From a virus (Duplodnaviria > Heunggongvirae > Uroviricota > Caudoviricetes), in the IMG/VR virus record IMGVR_UViG_3300008113_000307, positions 1-21,918 of that record: a stretch of DNA of 21,918 nucleotides; one strand, written 5' to 3'. Position 1 is the stretch's first letter. Each line of letters begins with the position of its first letter. The notes below the pieces were generated by a model. The model made no database searches. It worked only from the letters and a program-made list of their open reading frames with translations, and had not been told where the DNA came from. Made by a program: the position numbers and the translations under genes. Positions 16,411 to 21,918 of this stretch are shown here, one piece after another.

Positions 16411-16713
16411 ATGTCAAGACCCAAGCCAAATGTGCTGATTGAGCACACTGATCGCCAGACCTACAAGACCGAGCAAGTGCTGGCATCTGAAGGAGTGTGG
16501 GCAGTGTTCTATGACTCCAAGCCTATCAATCTCAAGACCGGCAACATGCTGACGCAGTATCCAGGTCCCAAGTACAAAAAGGTTTCGTTCTCTAATCCTG
16601 GTCATGCCAAGAACCTGGCACGTAAACTCAACACCCAGTTCAAGACCGACAAGTTTACTGTGGTGCTGCTGACTCAGGGGGCGCAGGTGTACCCCGATGC
16701 AGGATCGAAATAA
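16411..16713 (+). CDS. Hypothetical protein, probably late-expressed
   Basis: 100-aa ORF with SD AGGAG 6 nt upstream. Confidence 0.8.
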   Translation: MSRPKPNVLIEHTDRQTYKTEQVLASEGVWAVFYDSKPINLKTGNMLTQYPGPKYKKVSFSNPGHAKNLARKLNTQFKTDKFTVVLLTQGAQVYPDAGSK

Positions 16714-17074
16714 ACTGACCCAAGGCTGGTTGGCACAGATCAATCCCGAAGTGCGACCTACACTAGATCAGGCCATGAGCACATGGTGGCGTAACATTAG
16801 GGACACTGGCGGCCTAGGACTCAGCGATGATGGTTATGAATGGCTCACTAGAGAACTCGGTTTACAAGAGTGGCGATATCATATTCCACACAAGGATGCC
16901 ACCAGCATGAGTTTGAAACGCATGCTGGTCTTGGATCGTCACTGTCCTTGCGTGTATTGGTTTAAGTTGAACAGCCGTGAATTCCAACTGAGTTTTTTTG
17001 ACAGCCGCGAAGCCATGACCTACAATCTCTACGGGGACCTGGATCGTTACTTGGACATGCTGAGTCGCACTTGA
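16697..17074 (+). CDS. Hypothetical protein
   Basis: 125-aa ORF overlapping the previous gene by 17 nt. Confidence 0.7.
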   Translation: MQDRNKLTQGWLAQINPEVRPTLDQAMSTWWRNIRDTGGLGLSDDGYEWLTRELGLQEWRYHIPHKDATSMSLKRMLVLDRHCPCVYWFKLNSREFQLSFFDSREAMTYNLYGDLDRYLDMLSRT

Positions 17075-17119
17075 TGTAGTACTGTAAAAATGTAATACTT
17101 GAGTGTTACTTTGGGCAAT

Positions 17120-17148
17120 TTGCCCGAAATGGGCACCTGTGTTATAAT
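17120..17148 (+). promoter_or_regulatory. Sigma70-type (early) promoter with extended -10, probably giving a leaderless mRNA
   Basis: TTGCCC(17120-25)-17 nt-TATAAT(17143-48) with TG at 17140-41. The ATG at 17155 lies about 7 nt after the -10 box, with no SD. Confidence 0.65.
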
Positions 17149-17154
17149 AATAAC

Positions 17155-17493
17155 ATGATACAGCAAAAAGCAACTCGTAAAAAGCGTTCGGATCGTACCC
17201 ATGTTATCTACAAGATCATGTCGGGTTCGGACTTCTACATTGGCGTCACTGCCAAGACCGAAAGCACTGTGCTCAAGAGTGTGAAGACTCGCATCAACAA
17301 GCACATCTATCGCTCGCGTAGCGAAGACAAGTCGTGGGCCCTGTACGAAGCAATTCGTGAGCGTGGCTGTGGTGCGTTTGCGTTTGGCATCGTGGCTGTG
17401 GTGCGTGGCAAGACTGCGGCACACCAAATGGAACGTGCCTTGATCCGCGAACTGCGTCCCAACCTCAACACTGACGTGCGAGTGGCTGCATAA
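17155..17493 (+). CDS. Small stand-alone GIY-YIG nuclease-domain protein
   Basis: HVIYKI...DFYIGVT, then [11 protein letters not shown] (Glu) and PNLN (Asn). Confidence 0.7.
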   Translation: MIQQKATRKKRSDRTHVIYKIMSGSDFYIGVTAKTESTVLKSVKTRINKHIYRSRSEDKSWALYEAIRERGCGAFAFGIVAVVRGKTAAHQMERALIRELRPNLNTDVRVAA

Positions 17494-17501
17494 GTAATTG
17501 C

Positions 17502-19478
17502 ATGGATCAACCTCGCAAAATAATTCCTATACAAACTACTCAATCTCCTATTTTTTCAGCTGCAACAGATGTACATGTGCAGGTTACTGAGCTTTTTTTG
17601 CAGGCTACACAAGCTCAAGCAACACTAGCCCCACCGGTCACAAGTCGCAAACAGAAAAATCTGACAGAAGTTGTTGCAACACAAAGCACAGTAAGTCGTG
17701 CCAACCGAGTAGCACTGGTCATTGCTCCTGAGTGGGCTATAAATTCTCCCCCGTATGGTATAGCCAGAATGGCAGCATTGAGTCAGCACATGGGCTTTGA
17801 TACCAAGACCTGGGACATCAACATTTACTGTTACCACAATGGTCCTCAAGAATACTGGAGCTCGTACGCAGACTGGAAGTGGCAAGATCCACATTATTCA
17901 GAGAATATCCATCCAAAGATTGTCGGGATGTTGGATCAAAAAATAAAAGAAATTGTTGACTTTAATCCTACCATAATAGGATTTACTATTTGGTACACCA
18001 ACAATCGTTGTGCTCAATATATTTCAGAACAATTGCAAAAGTTGTTACCGAATGCAGTGATTGTGTACGGTGGTGCCAGTGCTACGCAAGGAATTGTCAA
18101 AGGGGGCGAAGCAGTAGACCATGTCATAGTCGGCGAAGGTGAATTGCTTTGGGTGCAATTACTTGAACACTACGAAAATCCACAAGGTGCAATATTACCG
18201 CACACTATAACACAATCTCGGGACCAGCGAGTGGATCTAGATTCAATGCCGCCTGCGGATTATTCAGATTTTGATATCTCTCTATACGAATCAAAAGGAA
18301 TCACTTCAGAATTTTCTCGAGGATGCATCGCTACATGTGCGTACTGCAATGAAACACAGTTTTGGAAATTTCGAGCTCGACAGGCACATAGGGTGCTGGA
18401 TGAAATTGAGATTGCATATCGATCTCAACAGATTCATTCGGTGTATTTTATTGACAGTTTGCTGAATGGCAATCTTAAAGAATTTGAAAATTTTGCAAGA
18501 GGATTAATCGAAAGAGATATAAAAATTACCTGGACAGGATATGCAAGGATTGACGGACGAATTGATAAAGATTTGTGGAAATTGCTTCGGCAGGCCGGAG
18601 CATTGGGATTTGCGTTTGGAGTAGAATCAGGTAGTCAGCATACCCTGGATCTTATGCGTAAAAAATGCAAAGTCGAATGGATTGAACAGAATTTTGAAGA
18701 TCTTGGTAAATTGGGCATGTACAATAATTTTGCCACTTGGTTTACTGGATTTCCAGGGGAAGAAATAAAGCATGTGGCAGAAAGTTTGACCATGCTGTGG
18801 CGGTTGAGAAATTCAGGCATGGGAAATCTCAGTATGGGCACTTGCGGACTAGGAGTAAACACTCCGTTAGATACCGAGCGTGATAAATTTGGAGTATCTG
18901 AATCAGACTGGTCTTGGGGATGGCACACCATTGACATGCGTAACACTGTGTTTCATAGATTTTTACGTTTTAAATTTAGTAATATCTTTCTAGAACATTT
19001 TAGAAATCATCGTACTAACCGAAATTATTTCCAACACACCAGTAACATAACCTATCCAGGATTGCAAAATCACTACAGTCTCGAATATGACCCTGCCATG
19101 TGGGAGCCAAACAAGATACCATGGGAACCAGACTTTGATTACGAAATAATCAAAGTTAACATAAATCCTGTTGCCGACACTCTGGTAAACGAAATTTGGT
19201 CACTGCTACGGGTAATGTGGCTGGCCATGGGACCGTTTAGTATCAAAATTAGATTTGACCCAGAAGAAGATAAAAAAGAATTTGGGTATCATAGATACCC
19301 CCTTGGTGGCCACCATGAATTCAGAGCTACATATATTTTTAATATCGACGTTGATGGAAAATGGTCAGCTGATTTTGATTATCGACTCGTGGCTGATAAT
19401 TGGCAATCAACAGTAGATTGCAATTTTGATTTAAACTGGAAGGGTACCGGACAATGGGATCGGCCTCGAGAAATTTGA
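17502..19478 (+). CDS. Cobalamin-binding radical SAM enzyme (class B methyltransferase-like)
   Basis: N-terminal B12-binding region (PPYGIARMAA, IIGFT, YGGASAT, VIVGEGE), FSRGCIATCAYC (CX3CX2C), FIDSLLN, FGVESGS, WFTGFPGE; AT-rich. Confidence 0.85.
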   Translation: MDQPRKIIPIQTTQSPIFSAATDVHVQVTELFLQATQAQATLAPPVTSRKQKNLTEVVATQSTVSRANRVALVIAPEWAINSPPYGIARMAALSQHMGFDTKTWDINIYCYHNGPQEYWSSYADWKWQDPHYSENIHPKIVGMLDQKIKEIVDFNPTIIGFTIWYTNNRCAQYISEQLQKLLPNAVIVYGGASATQGIVKGGEAVDHVIVGEGELLWVQLLEHYENPQGAILPHTITQSRDQRVDLDSMPPADYSDFDISLYESKGITSEFSRGCIATCAYCNETQFWKFRARQAHRVLDEIEIAYRSQQIHSVYFIDSLLNGNLKEFENFARGLIERDIKITWTGYARIDGRIDKDLWKLLRQAGALGFAFGVESGSQHTLDLMRKKCKVEWIEQNFEDLGKLGMYNNFATWFTGFPGEEIKHVAESLTMLWRLRNSGMGNLSMGTCGLGVNTPLDTERDKFGVSESDWSWGWHTIDMRNTVFHRFLRFKFSNIFLEHFRNHRTNRNYFQHTSNITYPGLQNHYSLEYDPAMWEPNKIPWEPDFDYEIIKVNINPVADTLVNEIWSLLRVMWLAMGPFSIKIRFDPEEDKKEFGYHRYPLGGHHEFRATYIFNIDVDGKWSADFDYRLVADNWQSTVDCNFDLNWKGTGQWDRPREI

Positions 19479-19503
19479 CTTTGTTTCAAAGATATTGTAT
19501 TAT
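19475..19503 (+). promoter_or_regulatory. Possible sigma70-type promoter
   Basis: TTGACT(19475-80)-17 nt-TATTAT(19498-503) in the intergenic gap before 19527. Confidence 0.4.
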
Positions 19504-19526
19504 TACAAAACACTGAATAAAATACT

Positions 19527-19940
19527 ATGCAATTTTTACCTGAACTTGAACTTATCGATCGCCTGTGCATTGCCAGGATCAAACATGAACGCACCAGCGG
19601 CAGCAATCAAGCTGAGCTGGACTGGTACGAAGCACGGCACCAGGAACTGCAAGCAAGGTTAACTGCTGACCAGTGTGAAACCTTGGAATACAACATCGCC
19701 GAAATCACCCGGATCCACAATCAGATCTGGAACCTGGAATGGCAACTAAAATCTGGCGTGGAGCATCTGTTGGATCTGGCCGAGATTGGACAGCGAGCCA
19801 TTGCTATCCGTGACTGGAACAACAAACGCATCACCTACAAGAACTCCATTGCTGAACTGTTTGGCCTGGAGTTGAGGGAGATCAAAACAGATCATCTCAG
19901 CGACAGTGAACAACTGTTCAAAACAGTAGACACTAAATGA
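19527..19940 (+). CDS. All-helical hypothetical protein
   Basis: 137-aa ORF (ELIDRLCIARIK...HNQIWNLEW...AIAIRDWNNKR). Confidence 0.75.
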   Translation: MQFLPELELIDRLCIARIKHERTSGSNQAELDWYEARHQELQARLTADQCETLEYNIAEITRIHNQIWNLEWQLKSGVEHLLDLAEIGQRAIAIRDWNNKRITYKNSIAELFGLELREIKTDHLSDSEQLFKTVDTK

Positions 19941-19944
19941 CTTA

Positions 19945-19990
19945 AAAGCACTAGACTCTGCTAAATAAAAGCATTGGAGTCTAATGCTTT
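19945..19990 (+). promoter_or_regulatory. Late-promoter-like CTAAATA inside a long hairpin sequestering the endonuclease RBS
   Basis: AAAGCACTAGACTC(19945-58) pairs 13/14 with GAGTCTAATGCTTT(19977-90); inner TGCT/AGCA stem; GGAG at 19976-79; ATG at 19991. Confidence 0.7.
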
Positions 19991-20548
19991 ATGATATGTC
20001 CTCATTGTTCAAAAGAATTTACCAGCAAGATTGGGTATTCTAATCATGTTCGTCGGTGTCCTAAAAATCCTAATAGGATTCACGAAGGCCTAACAGACGC
20101 TGGTAGAGAAAGAATACGGCAAGCAACTGCAGACAGAAACAAAGTCAACTTTTCTAATTCTGAATTTAGAAAAAAACACAGAGAATCAATGAAGCGGGCA
20201 GTTTTATCAAATCCTGAATCGTATAGTTCTTCTAATAGAGGGCGGACAAAACAGATTATTGTTGATGGTATAAAACTGCAAGGGCAATGGGAAGTAGATT
20301 TTTACTTATGGGCAAAAGAAAAAGGATTACAACCACAACGACCAACTGAAGCATTTAAATATGTCTGGAATGGGGAAAGGTGGTATCACCCTGATTTTTA
20401 CATCAAATCAATGGATTTGTATGTTGAAGTAAAAGGTTATGAAACTGAAAGAGATAGAGCCAAATGGTCGCAATTTCCCAAAAAGTTGTGTATAATAAAA
20501 TCTGCAGAGATAAAGCAAATTAGACAAGGGTGTTTTGAGCGACTTTAG
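19991..20548 (+). CDS. Putative free-standing homing endonuclease (Zn-finger plus PD-(D/E)XK domain)
   Basis: CPHC...HVRRC Zn-finger-like start, basic linker, YHPDFY...YVEVKG (PD-EXK); AT-rich and adjacent to tRNA genes. Confidence 0.72.
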   Translation: MICPHCSKEFTSKIGYSNHVRRCPKNPNRIHEGLTDAGRERIRQATADRNKVNFSNSEFRKKHRESMKRAVLSNPESYSSSNRGRTKQIIVDGIKLQGQWEVDFYLWAKEKGLQPQRPTEAFKYVWNGERWYHPDFYIKSMDLYVEVKGYETERDRAKWSQFPKKLCIIKSAEIKQIRQGCFERL

Positions 20549-20610
20549 CATAGCGGTAGTGCCGAGAACTCATAATTCTTACGGGACTGGTTCGAATCCA
20601 GTAGGTCGCA
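20539..20610 (+). tRNA. tRNA with CAT anticodon (elongator Met or Ile2); CCA not encoded
   Basis: Acceptor GCGACTT/AGGTCGC, D stem GCAT/GTGC, anticodon arm GAGAA-CTCATAA-TTCTT, T arm ACTGG-TTCGAAT-CCAGT; the 3' end reads A-CAA. Confidence 0.88.
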
Positions 20611-20629
20611 CAAAACATCTTTATAAATT

Positions 20630-20704
20630 CTGGCGTTCGTTCAACGGATAGGACAAGACTCTTCTAAAGTCTTTATGGGGGTTCGATTCCCTCACGCCGG
20701 ACCA
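20630..20704 (+). tRNA. tRNA-Arg(TCT)
   Basis: Acceptor CTGGCGT/ACGCCGG, anticodon arm AGACT-CTTCTAA-AGTCT, T loop TTCGATT, encoded ACCA. Confidence 0.93.
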
Positions 20705-20710
20705 GGCAAT

Positions 20711-20796
20711 GCGACTGTGACGGAATGGTATACGTAATTGACTTAAAATCAATCGCCCGAGAGGGATTGAGGGTTCAAGTCCCTCCAGTCGTACCA
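20711..20796 (+). tRNA. tRNA-Leu(TAA)
   Basis: Acceptor GCGACTG/CAGTCGT, anticodon arm ATTGA-CTTAAAA-TCAAT, long variable arm, T arm GAGGG-TTCAAGT-CCCTC, encoded ACCA. Confidence 0.93.
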
Positions 20797-20812
20797 ACTT
20801 TGAGGAGATCAA

Positions 20813-21385
20813 GTGATGCCTACACCGCCAAGTCAGAGCCCCGAGCGTCACACTTTTCAGCTTGATGCATATCGCCAACGTCGAGAGGAAGACGGCGAGG
20901 TGATCAGCGACGAATACGTGGCCATGCTGGAGCAGATCCGCCTGCAGGACAAGCTCAAGTGGGAAGATCCTGAGAGATGCAAACACAACTTGGAATATGA
21001 CTTGGTCACAACAGACTGGATTCTAGCCAAGGCTCGTGCATCCGAAGCCTACGCACAAAATCTCTATGCTGCCTTGTGCAACAACGATTTCCAACGCAAT
21101 GATGTTTGGCCCAGAATAAGTGACCAAAAATGGCACTGTTCATGGCGCTATGCCGGCGGCATCATTGCTGACATGCGACAGCAGGGCGACTACATTGACT
21201 GGTACTGCTCGGGCATCAACAACGGTGACTGGCAACGGACCCCGGAAGAAGTGGCTGCAATGACCCCGGATCAGCAGGAATACTATCACATGCATGAGCA
21301 GTTTGTGAGCGAGAGCCAGGTCACAGACGAGATCCGCGAAGACCTGTTTCGTCTGGGCTGGCTGGTGATAGAAGATTCAGATTAA
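20813..21385 (+). CDS. Hypothetical protein
   Basis: 190-aa ORF with SD GAGGAG just upstream; start at GTG 20813 or ATG 20816. Confidence 0.8.
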   Translation: MMPTPPSQSPERHTFQLDAYRQRREEDGEVISDEYVAMLEQIRLQDKLKWEDPERCKHNLEYDLVTTDWILAKARASEAYAQNLYAALCNNDFQRNDVWPRISDQKWHCSWRYAGGIIADMRQQGDYIDWYCSGINNGDWQRTPEEVAAMTPDQQEYYHMHEQFVSESQVTDEIREDLFRLGWLVIEDSD

Positions 21386-21392
21386 ATACACC

Positions 21393-21506
21393 ATGTTGAT
21401 AACCGGACTCACTCTACTGCAAAGCTATTTTGTCATAGGCGTTGGATTTGGTATAGTAATGACCCTGCTATTTTTAGGGTTAATTTTGTTAGCCAAAAAC
21501 TCATGA
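21393..21506 (+). CDS. Small single-pass membrane peptide (37 aa)
   Basis: MLITGLTLLQSYFVIGVGFGIVMTLLFLGLILLAKNS*; preceded by TTAAATA and ATGA-coupled to the next ORF. Confidence 0.6.
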   Translation: MLITGLTLLQSYFVIGVGFGIVMTLLFLGLILLAKNS

Positions 21507-21631
21507 ACACAATATTAATAATACTTGGATTGACTGCTTTGATAATGCTTGTGATAGCCGTGGCAGTTTTTCGCAGTGCTGTTCAGGACCTGGAATCCGC
21601 AGACGAGTACAAGTGCCCGGTTGACAGCTGA
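21503..21631 (+). CDS. Small single-pass membrane peptide (42 aa)
   Basis: MNTILIILGLTALIMLVIAVAVFRSAVQDLESADEYKCPVDS*; TGATG-coupled to the next ORF. Confidence 0.6.
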   Translation: MNTILIILGLTALIMLVIAVAVFRSAVQDLESADEYKCPVDS

Positions 21632-21756
21632 TGAACATGGTGGCGATTATATTTTGGATGAACGTTTTGGCCATTGTGTCAATCAGCGCAGGAGTGATCC
21701 TCACTGTGGCACGAGACCTGCTGGTTGACAACCCCGCAGATAAATATATACTGTGA
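21631..21756 (+). CDS. Small single-pass membrane peptide (41 aa)
   Basis: MNMVAIIFWMNVLAIVSISAGVILTVARDLLVDNPADKYIL*. Confidence 0.55.
   Translation: MNMVAIIFWMNVLAIVSISAGVILTVARDLLVDNPADKYIL
21725..21752 (+). promoter_or_regulatory. Candidate promoter(s) for the tmRNA gene
   Basis: TTGACA(21725-30)-16 nt-TATACT(21747-52), overlapping a late-type ATAAATA (21740-46). Confidence 0.5.
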
Positions 21757-21759
21757 GTT

Positions 21760-21918
21760 ATTGCTGTATGAAGCGATGAGAAACGGATTCAAGACTCGGG
21801 GGCAGTGCCCGAATGGTCCACCATAAACACATTGTCAGCACTGTGGGAAGCGCAGATCGACAAGACTAGAACAAGGTTTGAATCCAAACAGTGTGTTTAT
21901 AATGGGCCATACACAGGA
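21760..21918 (+). ncRNA. ssrA: Circularly permuted (two-piece) tmRNA gene: acceptor piece, intervening segment and start of the coding piece (truncated; 5' boundary approximate)
   Basis: T arm TCGGG-GGCAGTG-CCCGA (21796-812) and acceptor 3' strand ATGGTCC-A-CCA (21813-23). The complementary 5' strand GGGCCAT lies downstream at 21904-10, with a G3-U70 pair, followed by ACACAGGA. Confidence 0.82.

Noticed and set aside
19991-20548. Group I intron or IS element around the endonuclease
   Set aside because: No interrupted host gene, intron core elements, terminal inverted repeats or target-site duplication were recognised.
20621-20986. Minus-strand 121-aa ORF over the tRNA cluster
   Set aside because: It is antisense to two well-formed tRNA genes and is an artefact.
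72-21731. Numerous minus-strand and nested ORFs in the six-frame track (for example 542-898, 3697-4182, 7957-8448, 15325-15780)
   Set aside because: They lie antisense to well-supported, tightly coupled + strand genes, show no recognisable motifs and lack RBSs; they are shadow ORFs.
21845-21861. GGGAAGCGCAGATCGAC resembling a tmRNA 5' end inside the intervening segment
   Set aside because: It cannot pair with the acceptor 3' strand ATGGTCC, whereas GGGCCAT at 21904 pairs fully.
1-21918. CRISPR array, rRNA or clear rho-independent terminators
   Set aside because: No regularly spaced direct repeats, rRNA-like sequence or GC hairpins followed by U-tracts were seen.

Overview
A gene-dense, entirely + strand segment of a large T4-like (myovirus-type) phage genome. 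This call rests on translationally coupled ORFs, recurring (A/C/T)TAAATA late-promoter-like boxes, a T4 RNase H-like nuclease, phage tRNAs and a probable homing endonuclease. Bases 1-12.1 kb hold a 7-deazaguanine DNA-modification cluster: folE, queD, queE and a second QueD paralogue with the LxxxHRHxF motif of the proposed CDG decarboxylase DpdL, with no queC or queF in the window. The cluster is interleaved with sugar-nucleotide and glycosylation genes (GT-B, galE, amidinotransferase, DegT, GT2, WbuC cupin, SDR, gmd), an MBD4-like glycosylase and a HIT hydrolase. The middle carries a cytidylyltransferase, RNase H/FEN, a MazG-like pyrophosphatase, a small GIY-YIG nuclease and a B12-radical SAM enzyme. 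The end carries a PD-(D/E)XK endonuclease, three tRNAs (CAT, Arg-TCT, Leu-TAA), three small membrane peptides missed by the ORF track and a circularly permuted two-piece tmRNA gene cut by the window edge. The best leads are (1) a preQ1-I-like riboswitch variant with an anti-Shine-Dalgarno hairpin directly upstream of queD, which may sense a non-preQ1 deazaguanine, (2) the permuted, alphaproteobacterial-type tmRNA, (3) late promoters embedded in RBS-sequestering hairpins, and (4) apparent short deletions damaging the GT-B and folE genes. All family assignments come from motif recognition by eye; no searches were run.
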